A stretch of 64,000 nucleotides of DNA from an uncultured Gammaproteobacteria bacterium (GCA_965231005.1 OZ246405.1:1031829-1095828), one strand, 5' to 3'; positions 37,243-46,851 are shown, counted from the first letter of the stretch. Translations and numbers: made by a program. The notes: generated by a model not told the origin, from the letters alone.

Positions 37243-38280
37243 AGGTATAGTATACTATCCCCATGAAAAAAAGACAACATCAGAAAAAGACCTTTTTATC
37301 AACACTAAACAAGGTCATCCAACAACGAGTGAAAGCAACATCTCGAAACGAAGTCTGTCGTTGCGCACGTTGTGGTGAAAAACGAAAGCGTCGAGATAAG
37401 ACTGCAAGTACTTCTTAGATACTACTTTGTGCGTTCCTTTTAGTGAACGCTTAACATGACTCCAAAACTGTTCAACACTGTTAATATGCACTATCCCACG
37501 TGCATATTCTTTTTTTCCGTGATTCACACTATGACGAGCGTATTCATATTGTAGGTTGTCATATCTGTTACTTTCATCCGTATACATGCTTGTTTCTGTA
37601 GGGTCTATGTTCTCATAGACAAACCCTATAATAGTCTTAGCCTTTAAATCTGGAACTTGTTTTACTCGTGCTTTTCCACCTCTTTCAATCGCTCCAATAA
37701 CCTTTGCCTTGTCTGCCATGACAGACCTTTGGTTCTTGTTATATTTTCCTCCATGTCCCTTACCACCAAAATATGCCTCGTCTACTTCTACCTTGCCACT
37801 CAGCTTGTCATTATCCTGTCCTAAACACTCACGTATGAGCTTCAAGATACGCCATGCGGTCTTGTAGGTAACTCCTAGCTGTCTTTCCATTTCTTTTGCG
37901 GAAATACCACTCTTTGCGTTTGAAAAGATAAACAGAGCATGAAACCATAATGTGAGAGGAGTGGTAGACTTCTCAAATATTGTCCCTGCCATTGGAGCTA
38001 TCTGAAAACGACATCTACTACACTGATACTGTTTACGTCCCTTTAGGCGTTTATATTTGCCCCCACAAGAACAATCCCAGCTATGTAGAGTCTCAAACAA
38101 ATAATCCAAACACTTATTATCGTTAGGAAACTCCTTTCTTAGGTTTTTGATACTGTATTTATCTATTTTTGCCATATTGACATTTCTTATGTTTGTTACT
38201 ACACTACAAGTAGCTAAAGAATCATTATAGTACTCGCAGAACCGACTGCGTTAGCAAGGGTTGTACTATGATGATTTTTT
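37243..38280. mobile_element. IS1595-family insertion sequence (boundaries approximate)
   Basis: Single transposase ORF. Weak candidate terminal inverted repeats (gtatagtatactatcccc / agggttgtactatgatg). Confidence 0.4.
37315..38175 (-). CDS. IS1595-family (ISXO2-like) transposase
   Basis: N-terminal Cys-rich zinc ribbon (WDCSCGG...CSRCR). DDE_Tnp_IS1595 core with VEVDEAYFGG. Confidence 0.8.
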   Translation of the reverse strand: MAKIDKYSIKNLRKEFPNDNKCLDYLFETLHSWDCSCGGKYKRLKGRKQYQCSRCRFQIAPMAGTIFEKSTTPLTLWFHALFIFSNAKSGISAKEMERQLGVTYKTAWRILKLIRECLGQDNDKLSGKVEVDEAYFGGKGHGGKYNKNQRSVMADKAKVIGAIERGGKARVKQVPDLKAKTIIGFVYENIDPTETSMYTDESNRYDNLQYEYARHSVNHGKKEYARGIVHINSVEQFWSHVKRSLKGTHKVVSKKYLQSYLDAFVFHHNVRNDRLRFEMLLSLVVG

Positions 38281-38513
38281 AATTTTCCGTATTTCTGCCT
38301 GACAAATCCGAATAATAGCCTGCAATCGTGTAATGGCTTTTTTATTATTACCTTCTTCCTTAGTCGCCTTAATAATATTTAGGATTGCTTGTATGTTATC
38401 TGGCATACTTTTCTGCTTATATTACTACAGTATCACTATTATATTATGTTGTCAAGGGATAGGTGTGGATAAAAAAGGGTTTTTACAATAAATTCGCTAC
38501 CATTACCCGATTC

Positions 38514-38543
38514 ATTGCAAAAAAAGGCTTTTTTCGCTATAAT
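38514..38543 (+). promoter_or_regulatory. Promoter TTGCAA-17-TATAAT; the TSS lies within a few nt of the ATP-grasp ATG (leaderless or near-leaderless mRNA)
   Basis: ttgcaa aaaaaggcttttttcgc tataat gacacgact ATG. Confidence 0.45.
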
Positions 38544-38552
38544 GACACGACT

Positions 38553-39770
38553 ATGAGCTTTCAATTGCCAAAAGATAAGACAATCATCTATGTAACCAGA
38601 GAATGGGAAAGGGCGATCATCCCAACCTACGAAAAAAATTATTACATAGCGACCAATAAACCAAATGAGCAAAAGGCATCTGAGAATTTTATTTTCCCAA
38701 AAGAGAATGAATTACTCGACACTTGGCAACTTCTTGAAGATTCAAATATTGTTTCCTTTATTAAAAAACAAAAGAACCCACATATTGTAGTCTTTAAAAA
38801 CACACCTCGTATTGAAAGAATTTGCCAAGAACAAGGATGGACACTTCTTAATCCATCTGCTGAACTCGCTGCAGAAGTTGAAAATAAAATTTCTCAATTT
38901 GAATGGCTTGGAGGTCTTCAAAAATATTTGCCAAATACAAAAATAATATTAGGTGAGGAATTAGAATGGAATGAAAAAATATTTATTGTTCAATTTAATA
39001 GAGCACATACAGGAGAAGGAACAATGGTTATCAAATCAAAAGATGACGTTGAACAATTGAAAAAAAATTTTCCAAAAAGACCTCTCCGAATCTCAAATTT
39101 TATCGATGGACCTATGTTTACGGTAAATGTGAGTATTGCAAATGAAAAAGTCATACAAGGAAGTATTAGTTATCAAATTACAGGCCTATCCCCTTTCACT
39201 GATAATAAATTTGCCACAATTGGAAATGATTGGTCATTGCCAGACAAAATATTGAATGACGAGCAGAAAAGTAAATTTGATAATATTGTTTTGGAAATTG
39301 GCAAGAAACTTCAGAAAGATGGATGGAAGGGTCTGTTTGGTGTTGATATAATTTTTAGTGAGGCAGAAAAAAAAATGTATTTAATTGAAATAAATGCAAG
39401 GCAACCCGCATCAGCAACATACGAATCTATTTTGCAAAAACATAAAAATCCATTAATTCCAAGTATTATTGAAATACACCTATCTTCACTACTTGATATC
39501 GAAACCAAAGAGCCAATGCAAAATATCAATTCAGGAAGTCAAATCGTGTTGCGTGTAAATAAAAAAAAGCCCGATCTAGCAAAATTACAAAAAGAACTGG
39601 CCAGACAAGGATTTGGAAGAACATATGCAGAAAATACTGAAAATATAATTCCATATTCAAATAAAAAAGAAGGTAAAGATCTATTGAGAATCCAGACTTC
39701 AAAAAATATTATGAAAAATCATAATGAACTCAGCGATCTTGGAAAAGAAATAGCACACATATGTCAGTAA
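38553..39770 (+). CDS. ATP-grasp family ligase
   Basis: MYLIEINARQ (the ATP-grasp xEhNxR motif) and GLFGVD motifs. The ORF-track start is GTG at 38463. The first ATG is at 38553. Confidence 0.6.
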   Translation: MSFQLPKDKTIIYVTREWERAIIPTYEKNYYIATNKPNEQKASENFIFPKENELLDTWQLLEDSNIVSFIKKQKNPHIVVFKNTPRIERICQEQGWTLLNPSAELAAEVENKISQFEWLGGLQKYLPNTKIILGEELEWNEKIFIVQFNRAHTGEGTMVIKSKDDVEQLKKNFPKRPLRISNFIDGPMFTVNVSIANEKVIQGSISYQITGLSPFTDNKFATIGNDWSLPDKILNDEQKSKFDNIVLEIGKKLQKDGWKGLFGVDIIFSEAEKKMYLIEINARQPASATYESILQKHKNPLIPSIIEIHLSSLLDIETKEPMQNINSGSQIVLRVNKKKPDLAKLQKELARQGFGRTYAENTENIIPYSNKKEGKDLLRIQTSKNIMKNHNELSDLGKEIAHICQ

Positions 39771-40543
39771 GCAAACTTACACAACCTGCACAAGATATGG
39801 TCAATGCCTATGTAAACCTATCTACAAAAGGTCACAACATCCCTTGTCCTTATTATAATAATAAGCATCAAAAAGTTCGTGGTGCACTTCGCGTTCTTGT
39901 TGGAAAAGGAAGTCCTTCTGAAATTGTACAAGAAGCACATATGATTGCACTCAGAAAAAAAGTTGATCTTGCATCACTTGCACAAGAAGATGTACGAAAA
40001 TTTCTTGTAAAGCATAATCTTGGTGTTGACTGTTCTGCATTTGTTTATTATGTATTAAATGCTGAACTTCAAACAAAAAAATCAACATCTCTTCCAAAAA
40101 CATTAAACTTTCCAAAAACCTGGAATATTCTTCGCAAAATACTGCGTCGACTTCGTACTGCAGAAAATACAAATGTTGCAATACTTGCAAATGAAAAAAA
40201 TAGTACAGCTGTTCCACTTTCAGATGCACAACCAGGAGATATGGTTATTATGCTTGAAACAGGACAAGATCATGCACGCAATCATGTACTACTTATTCAT
40301 GAAGTAGATAAAAAAGATAATAAGACACTGCTTAAATACACACATGCACTTCAGTGGCGTACAGATGGTGTATATGAACATGGTGTACGACAAGGAAGTA
40401 TTGAAGTTACAAATACAGATATGCCGCTTACAAGTCAAATTTGGACTGAAAAAGGGGTTTCTGGTGATACAAATGAAACATTTGCTCGTGCAAAGCGTGC
40501 AAAGACATTGGAACTTCGTCGTCTCAACAAATTATCATCTTGA
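39761..40543 (+). CDS. NlpC/P60 (CHAP-like) papain-fold amidase/peptidase
   Basis: Catalytic Cys in GVDCSAFVYYVL and His in QDHARNHVLLIHEV. The start overlaps the ATP-grasp stop. Confidence 0.55.
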   Translation: MSVSKLTQPAQDMVNAYVNLSTKGHNIPCPYYNNKHQKVRGALRVLVGKGSPSEIVQEAHMIALRKKVDLASLAQEDVRKFLVKHNLGVDCSAFVYYVLNAELQTKKSTSLPKTLNFPKTWNILRKILRRLRTAENTNVAILANEKNSTAVPLSDAQPGDMVIMLETGQDHARNHVLLIHEVDKKDNKTLLKYTHALQWRTDGVYEHGVRQGSIEVTNTDMPLTSQIWTEKGVSGDTNETFARAKRAKTLELRRLNKLSS

Positions 40544-40584
40544 CGAGGCAGGATCATCATTGTAAAATATTCCAACAATAAAAC

Positions 40585-40660
40585 GCCATCATAGCTCAGT
40601 TGGTAGAGCGCATCCATGGTAAGGATGAGGTCTCCGGTTCAATCCCGGATGATGGCTCCA
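40585..40660 (+). tRNA. tRNA-Thr (anticodon GGT), CCA encoded
   Basis: Cloverleaf reconstructed by hand. Acceptor GCCATCA/TGATGGC, anticodon stem CATCC/GGATG with loop ATGGTAA, T-arm GGTTCAATCC. Confidence 0.85.
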
Positions 40661-40692
40661 ATAAAAAAACAACCACACAGGCTGTTTTTTAT

Positions 40693-41781
40693 TTATCTTC
40701 TCTTTCCTCGAGCTTCTGCCATTTCTGCACCACGCTCATCATACTTTAAAATTTCTCGCTCTGTTACAATCGGGCCCTCCCCTTCTCCACGTAAATTTGC
40801 TTTTGCAAGCGCACGCATTTCATCTATGTCTGGGGTTCTATTTATAATATATGTTGCTTTTGCATGGGCTTGTTGGAAATCTTTTATTCCTGGAAGTTGA
40901 ATCCATTCTGGGTCTGGCGGAGCACCTTCCTTATGATAAAAAATAGGAATATTGCTTGGTACGTGCTTTTTGATGTATTTATATCGCTCACTCGTCGACG
41001 TAAGACCAATGCCATATATAAATACAGCCGGGGGTCTGCGCGCAACAAACGCTTCTATCACCTCTTCACTCGTAAAAGGATTAATATCAATAGCGATAGG
41101 AGAAAATCCAGTTCGCAATTTATTTACCTCTGTAAATTTCTCTTTTGTTTCTGGCAAAAGCTCTTTTTCTTTTAAGACAATCTTTCCGCTTTCTTGAATG
41201 TCGCCAAGTGTCTCATGACCAGGCGCTCTCATTGGCTGGGGGGAATCTTTTCGTGAACTGTATTTAAATACAGTGTTCCCTCGAAAAATTTCCTTATTAA
41301 ATACAACAGCAACTTCGTTTAATGCTGGAATCTCATTTCCAGACTGTGCTGCAACTTCTATAGCGTCTACAATATTTGCTTGTGCATCAGATCCTTTCTC
41401 GACCGCTGGAATCATTGCGCCAGTAAATATAACAGGCTTGTTTAAACCTTCAAATATATACGACAAATAGCCAGCAGAAGGACCCATAGTGTCTGTACCA
41501 TAAAGCACAACAACACCATCATATTCACTGACTCCCTCCTGAATCTTTTTTGCCATTTGATTGAACAATTTTAAACTTGCCTCTGACGAATCTATTGGTC
41601 TACCACCTGGAAAAAACTCTTCCCATGTAATATCATAAGGCAATTCATCTGCTTCAGGAATATTTTTCCGCAAATCTTCCAGTGAACCTGCTTTAAGCGG
41701 TGCATTTGGATATTCCTTGTGCATGCCAGCTGTCCCTCCAGTATATAGGACTAAAATTTTTCGCTTTTCTTTTGGTTTCAT
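40693..41781 (-). CDS. L-asparaginase (type I / GatD-like family)
   Basis: LYTGGTAGM and LYGTDTM motifs. Confidence 0.8.
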   Translation of the reverse strand: MKPKEKRKILVLYTGGTAGMHKEYPNAPLKAGSLEDLRKNIPEADELPYDITWEEFFPGGRPIDSSEASLKLFNQMAKKIQEGVSEYDGVVVLYGTDTMGPSAGYLSYIFEGLNKPVIFTGAMIPAVEKGSDAQANIVDAIEVAAQSGNEIPALNEVAVVFNKEIFRGNTVFKYSSRKDSPQPMRAPGHETLGDIQESGKIVLKEKELLPETKEKFTEVNKLRTGFSPIAIDINPFTSEEVIEAFVARRPPAVFIYGIGLTSTSERYKYIKKHVPSNIPIFYHKEGAPPDPEWIQLPGIKDFQQAHAKATYIINRTPDIDEMRALAKANLRGEGEGPIVTEREILKYDERGAEMAEARGKRR

Positions 41782-41872
41782 AGTATATGCAGCGTATCAA
41801 ATTTTAGTAAAGGTGTCTATTGCCTCAATCAAAAAAAGCTCATATTAATGAACTCTTTTCGATTAAAGCGAA

Positions 41873-42088
41873 TTACGCCTTACATTTTTTGCACTTGCAG
41901 CCCCAAAGAGCTCCGAGTGCTGCAAGTCCAACTAGGATGTAGACAAGACGTTCTGCCCATTCCCAGTTTCCAAGAAGCCACTCTACAAGATTCCATCCAA
42001 ATGTACCGACAAGCCCCCAATTAAGTGCACCGATGATGACAAGCCACCAACCAATTTTGGAGCCTGTGCAACCTGCGTGTCCTTTCAT
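41873..42088 (-). CDS. DUF378-family small membrane protein
   Basis: WWLVIIGALNWGLVG motif. Confidence 0.6.
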   Translation of the reverse strand: MKGHAGCTGSKIGWWLVIIGALNWGLVGTFGWNLVEWLLGNWEWAERLVYILVGLAALGALWGCKCKKCKA

Positions 42089-42141
42089 AGAAATGAATTA
42101 AGAATAATCAAGTAATTATTATAAAAATAGTATACCATGCG

Positions 42142-42188
42142 CAAAGAAAAAATAATATCCCCCTTGCACTTACGCACAAGAGGGATAT
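42142..42188 (-). terminator. 12-bp hairpin plus T-run terminating the GC-rich lipoprotein gene
   Basis: atatcccccttg / caagagggatat stem. The minus RNA then reads ATTATTTTTTCTTT. Confidence 0.6.
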
Positions 42189-42225
42189 CTCCTTTTGTTA
42201 GAGTTTGTTTGAATTATTCTTGTTG

Positions 42226-44394
42226 TTATTCTCTGTACCCGACGGTCTTGTCATCCCAGCTGGGTTTGAGAACCAGCGGCGAACCCACTGGCAACTTGAT
42301 CTTAGCCGGTTTGATGTCGAACGAAAACTGCTTGGACTTCACTTCGAATTTGTGCTGACCATTGAAAGCAGTCTTCATCCCCTCTGGGATATCCTTTCCT
42401 CTCAAGAGTTGAACACTCGCAAAGGTAATGCCAGACACAACTGGCAACAGGCAGTTGACCATGAGAATCGGATCTTTGAGTATCTGGACAATGGGTGGTG
42501 GAAACACCTTTACCTTTGTCCCAAAGGCCTTTGTGGTAAGAGTCATACGCAGTGATCCGTCTGGTTGTGGCTGCGGACTCAGATCAGCTTCACGTGGCGG
42601 GTTTGGATTGATGTTCAATCTTCCGGTTTGTTTCCAATCCCGCTTCCACTTGGCCACGCAGATCAGGTGACCTCCGTTGTGAGGGTCAAACCATATGTGC
42701 GCGTTGGTGTCAGCCTTGGCATCAACAGACAAGTTCACTCCAACCTTGGAAAGATTGTTGCTGAACTTAATCTGGTGCACACAGGCTTTCACAGAGCCAT
42801 TTCCGGAAAGACGTCCGCCAATCTTGCCGATCTTCAGGAACTTGTATGCATTTCGGATTGCTTCACGCTTTGTTTTGCAACCTGCAACACGACCCTCGTT
42901 GGCGAGTTGATGTGCTACCCTTTTTGCTTCGCGCGTAGTTTTGCACCACGCCTTGTGCGTTGCAATGTGTGCTTCTCGTTTTGCTTTGCATCCTGCCTTG
43001 TGAGCAGCAAGGTATGCTTCTCGTTTTGTCTTGCACCATGCTTGGCGAGCTCGCTCCTTTGCGCGTTTCGCTTCTTTGCAAATCTTCAACTCTGCCCTTC
43101 TCTTCTCGTTCCAAACCTTACAGGCAGCACGCTCAATCTTGCACTGAACCTTTCTGCGCCAGCTCACACCATCACAATTTCGACAAGTCCTGATATGAAC
43201 ACTACATCCACCAGCAGGTCGACGTGGACATGACCAGCGAGGCTTTTCACATTCATACCGCGACGGACCAGGGCAGTCCCATCCTGCAAACGGCTTATAT
43301 AGCCCCTTGCAGTTAATGTGCTTTGGCTTCAAAACCTCGATCTCTTTTGAAAAGTCATCAGTCGAAATGGGGTGAGCATACGAAACGCATAGATTTGGAC
43401 TTTCAAAAGCCGTGTTGAGTCTTTCTTGAAGAAAAACCTTGGCAAGCAATACTTCAGTTTTCTTCTGCAAAGCTGAACCCAAAACCTGTTTCCACTTCTT
43501 CTGGAACTGCCCCTTGTATTTGGCAAATGCCTTATTGAACTGCGCTTGGGTCGTGTCCTTTTGCACAGGAATCTTGGGAAGCGTAGGTGTCGTTGGACGA
43601 TCAAATATCTCGGCGAGCAAATGTACACCATCAGAATCGATCATCAGTGCAGAGCGACCAAGATAGAGATCGAGCTTGATCTTGTTTCCGCTCTTTACAG
43701 TCAAACCATCTTTCTCCTTGATCAGCTGCTTCGGTTTGACCGGCTTGACTTTTGGTAGTTTGATCTTGTAAACGATTGGCTTGGCAAGCTGCCCATTGAT
43801 GTTGTTGAGATACTTCTCAATCACATCGTTGATGAGGTTCTTGATCTTATCAACGCCAATGCCAAGTGCCCGAAGCCAGCGTCCTGTCCCTTCGTATTTG
43901 GCCTTGTCTATGGTCAGCGTCTGGAATGAAGGCAGGAGCATGACTGAATCGCCGACCACTGAGACTGCGATGACACCCAGAATCTTCCCCTCGATCCAGG
44001 CTTTTGGCTTTTTGAAGCGCACATGAAACTTGGCAGAAACACGAAATTCCTGTTTTCCCGTCGTGACCTTCACATCTGAGAGTTTTGCTTTCTTGATCTT
44101 GTCACCAGTCTTCGCCTTCTTGATCTTTTTGAGAATCAAGGGCGGCAGACGGTTTTTGATTTCATCTGCATCAATGGTTGCGCCGACCACTGGGTTGTCC
44201 ATGTCATCGAAAATCTCAGCCGAGAACAGCACCGCCCTCATGCTCTGATCCAGCGACGAAAGCGGTGGCCAGTGCTTGTTGACGTACTTCTTGATCGGAT
44301 CACACGCCGCCATAGTGAGCATGAGCCCAATAAGAATGGAAAGAACAGTCACGTGTCGAGGTACTGACACTTTTTTTCTCCTAAATCGTTCCAC
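42226..44394 (-). CDS. Large GC-rich lipoprotein with a C-terminal region of CK(T/A)KREA-type ~16-aa repeats; unknown function
   Basis: Lipobox LTMAAC. Repeats HKAGCKAKREAHIAT / HKAWCKTTREAKRVA / GCKTKREAIRNA. GC content is well above the flanks. Confidence 0.65.
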   Translation of the reverse strand: MERFRRKKVSVPRHVTVLSILIGLMLTMAACDPIKKYVNKHWPPLSSLDQSMRAVLFSAEIFDDMDNPVVGATIDADEIKNRLPPLILKKIKKAKTGDKIKKAKLSDVKVTTGKQEFRVSAKFHVRFKKPKAWIEGKILGVIAVSVVGDSVMLLPSFQTLTIDKAKYEGTGRWLRALGIGVDKIKNLINDVIEKYLNNINGQLAKPIVYKIKLPKVKPVKPKQLIKEKDGLTVKSGNKIKLDLYLGRSALMIDSDGVHLLAEIFDRPTTPTLPKIPVQKDTTQAQFNKAFAKYKGQFQKKWKQVLGSALQKKTEVLLAKVFLQERLNTAFESPNLCVSYAHPISTDDFSKEIEVLKPKHINCKGLYKPFAGWDCPGPSRYECEKPRWSCPRRPAGGCSVHIRTCRNCDGVSWRRKVQCKIERAACKVWNEKRRAELKICKEAKRAKERARQAWCKTKREAYLAAHKAGCKAKREAHIATHKAWCKTTREAKRVAHQLANEGRVAGCKTKREAIRNAYKFLKIGKIGGRLSGNGSVKACVHQIKFSNNLSKVGVNLSVDAKADTNAHIWFDPHNGGHLICVAKWKRDWKQTGRLNINPNPPREADLSPQPQPDGSLRMTLTTKAFGTKVKVFPPPIVQILKDPILMVNCLLPVVSGITFASVQLLRGKDIPEGMKTAFNGQHKFEVKSKQFSFDIKPAKIKLPVGSPLVLKPSWDDKTVGYRE

Positions 44395-44509
44395 GGCACA
44401 CCTCCCTTGTTAGTGTGTAAAATGCCGAAAAATTATTGTATCACATTGAATATAAAAACAATCTCAAGCCTGTGTATACTTCAATAGATAAGTAGCTGTG
44501 GATAAATTC

Positions 44510-44539
44510 TTGACAGGAGAACGAATGTTCTCTTATAAT
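44510..44539 (+). promoter_or_regulatory. TTGACA-18-TATAAT promoter with an embedded Cheo-type LexA box (aGAACgaatGTTCt)
   Basis: ttgaca ggagaacgaatgttctct tataat. It lies upstream of the VOC-lexA-dinB operon. Confidence 0.6.
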
Positions 44540-44568
44540 ATAAATATAATCATTCATACAAATACTTT

Positions 44569-44961
44569 ATGAAACAAGAACTGATATACGTTAACCTCCT
44601 TTCTAAGAACCACACAAAACTTATTGAGTTTTATAAGAGCATAGTTGGTTTGCGTCCATTAGACGAAACAGCAAACCCAAATGATGAAAAATGGTTTGGA
44701 TTTGATACAGGAACAACTCCTTTTGCCATCGAACCAATGTCAAATAGAGATAAATATACATTTGATTACAACAAAGAAAATCCTGTCTTAATACAGTTCA
44801 AGGCAGAAACAATGGAAGAATTAACACAATGGACTGAAAAATTAGAACAAGCAGAGGTAAACATTGGTCAACGCTTACTACAAAAAAGTTATGGAATCGT
44901 AACGACATTTACAGATCCTGACGGGAATATAATTGAAATTTTATACCCTAAGAAAGACTAA
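44569..44961 (+). CDS. VOC-family (glyoxalase/bleomycin-resistance fold) protein
   Basis: 130 aa with the two-module beta-alpha-beta-beta-beta pattern. Confidence 0.6.
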   Translation: MKQELIYVNLLSKNHTKLIEFYKSIVGLRPLDETANPNDEKWFGFDTGTTPFAIEPMSNRDKYTFDYNKENPVLIQFKAETMEELTQWTEKLEQAEVNIGQRLLQKSYGIVTTFTDPDGNIIEILYPKKD

Positions 44962-44962
44962 T

Positions 44963-45538
44963 ATGCCACCACTTTACACAAAAAGAAAACAAGCACTCAT
45001 GAGATATTACAACAAACATGGCAGACTCCCCTCTTATGATGGTCTTGCTGAACTTTTTGATGTTCAGTCAAAAGGATCACTTTACAAATATGTAAAACAT
45101 TTTATCGATGACGGACTTGTTGCAAAAAGTGAAGACGGAAAACTGATTCCAACAACAAAATTATATGGAATTACGGTTCTTGGCTCTATACAAGCTGGGT
45201 TCCCTACTGGTTCAGAAGAAGAAATAACTGACACTATGAGTTTAGATCAGTATCTTATTGAAAATCCTCAGGCAAGTTATTTACTACATGTTAGCGGAGA
45301 TTCTATGGTTGATGCAGGTATTGTCCAAGGAGATATGGTCATAGTGGACAGAAGTAAAAAAGCACAAGCAGGAAATATTGTTGTTGCACAAGTCGACAAT
45401 GAGTGGACATTGAAATATTTAATGAAACAAAAAAACAAAACATTTTTACGTGCTGCAAATAAAAAATACCCAGATATTCATCCGGAGCAAGAAATGAATG
45501 TTGCTGGTGTTGTTACAAGTGTTATTCGAAAATATTAA
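44963..45538 (+). CDS. lexA: LexA repressor (wHTH plus S24 peptidase)
   Basis: HVSGDSM (Ser) ... VVAQVDNEWTLKYL (Lys). The ATG at 44963 is preferred over the ORF-track start. Confidence 0.8.
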   Translation: MPPLYTKRKQALMRYYNKHGRLPSYDGLAELFDVQSKGSLYKYVKHFIDDGLVAKSEDGKLIPTTKLYGITVLGSIQAGFPTGSEEEITDTMSLDQYLIENPQASYLLHVSGDSMVDAGIVQGDMVIVDRSKKAQAGNIVVAQVDNEWTLKYLMKQKNKTFLRAANKKYPDIHPEQEMNVAGVVTSVIRKY

Positions 45539-45552
45539 ATAATAGATATTAG

Positions 45553-46851
45553 ATGATATTGCATTTAGATGCTGATGCTTTCTTTGCAAGTTGTGAACAA
45601 GCAATGAACCCAGCATTACAAGGAAAGCCTATTGTTACAGGAAAAGAGCGCGGTATTGCCGCTGCTTTTAGTTACGAGGCAAAAGCACTTGGTATAACAC
45701 GTGGGATGCCAGTCTTTTATATTAAAAAACATTTTCCAGAAGTTATTATTGTTTCAGGAGACTACAGATCATATGCAATGTTTTCACACCGTATTTTTGA
45801 TATTGTAAGACAGTACACAAATATGGTAGAAGTCTACGGCGCTGATGAAGGATTTGTTGATTTATATAGTTCTGAAAAATATTTAAACATGAGTGCATAT
45901 GAAACAGCAAAAACAATACAAAGTCACATCAAACAAGAATTAAATATTCCTGTATCAATTGGTGTTGCGCCAACAAAAGTATTGGCAAAAATTGCATCTC
46001 GATGGAATAAGCCATTTGGTGTTTGTGAAATATCTCAAAAACGAATCAATGAATGTTTAGAAATATTACCAATATCATACGTCTGGGGTATTGGAAGACA
46101 GTTAAGCAAAAAACTCGAGGCAATGCGAATACAGACTGCAAAACAATTTATTGACCAACCTATTGGCTGGGTAAAAGCACATTTTTCTCGACCAGTACAA
46201 GATTTGTGGCGAGAACTTCGTGGCGAATCAATATTTCCAGTTAATCCAAAAAGAAAAAGAGAATACAAATCAATTACAAAAAGTAGAACATTTTCTCCTC
46301 GGTCTAGTAAGACAAAAATTATTTGGCCACAACTGACAAAAAATTTAGAGAATGCTTGTATAAAAGCAAGGACATTTGATCTTGTTGCAAAAGAAATTAC
46401 TGTATGGCTTCGTGCACAAGATAGAACAATTCACAGTGCACGTGCAAAACTTTCTCGTGCATCTGCCTACCCAATTGATATGATGAACACCGTGCGAACA
46501 TTGTACAGACAAGCAAAAAAACAACATGTACAATATCGTTCAACAGGAATCACACTGCAAGCATTACAACCAAGATCAGAAATACAATCATCTTTGTTTG
46601 AACCTTCAGAAAACATACGAAAAATGAAATCTATTTATAAAACAGTGGATACCATCAGTGAAAAATTTGGAAGAAATACTATTCATCTTGGAAGTAGTCT
46701 TGCTGCGCAGCGATATCGAAAAGGAGATCTCCTCCTTCGCTCTGGTACAAAGTCCAGAGCTTCGCAGGATTCGTCCTGGCGAAACGCCAGGCGAAAAAAA
46801 ATAGCAACGAGAAACTCGCGCCTTACACTTTCAATTCCATTTTTAGAATGA
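45553..46851 (+). CDS. dinB: Y-family DNA polymerase IV
   Basis: HLDADAFFASCE and YGADEGFVD motifs. The C-terminal ~50 aa run into the GC-rich island. Confidence 0.8.
   Translation: MILHLDADAFFASCEQAMNPALQGKPIVTGKERGIAAAFSYEAKALGITRGMPVFYIKKHFPEVIIVSGDYRSYAMFSHRIFDIVRQYTNMVEVYGADEGFVDLYSSEKYLNMSAYETAKTIQSHIKQELNIPVSIGVAPTKVLAKIASRWNKPFGVCEISQKRINECLEILPISYVWGIGRQLSKKLEAMRIQTAKQFIDQPIGWVKAHFSRPVQDLWRELRGESIFPVNPKRKREYKSITKSRTFSPRSSKTKIIWPQLTKNLENACIKARTFDLVAKEITVWLRAQDRTIHSARAKLSRASAYPIDMMNTVRTLYRQAKKQHVQYRSTGITLQALQPRSEIQSSLFEPSENIRKMKSIYKTVDTISEKFGRNTIHLGSSLAAQRYRKGDLLLRSGTKSRASQDSSWRNARRKKIATRNSRLTLSIPFLE

Noticed and set aside
37243-38280. Precise IS termini and target-site duplication
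   Set aside because: The candidate terminal inverted repeats match only partially and no flanking direct repeat was evident. The boundaries are given as approximate.
40435-40900. Two short ORFs (60 and 94 aa) around 40.5-40.9 kb
   Set aside because: They overlap tRNA-Thr(GGT) and its terminator and the asparaginase gene on the other strand.
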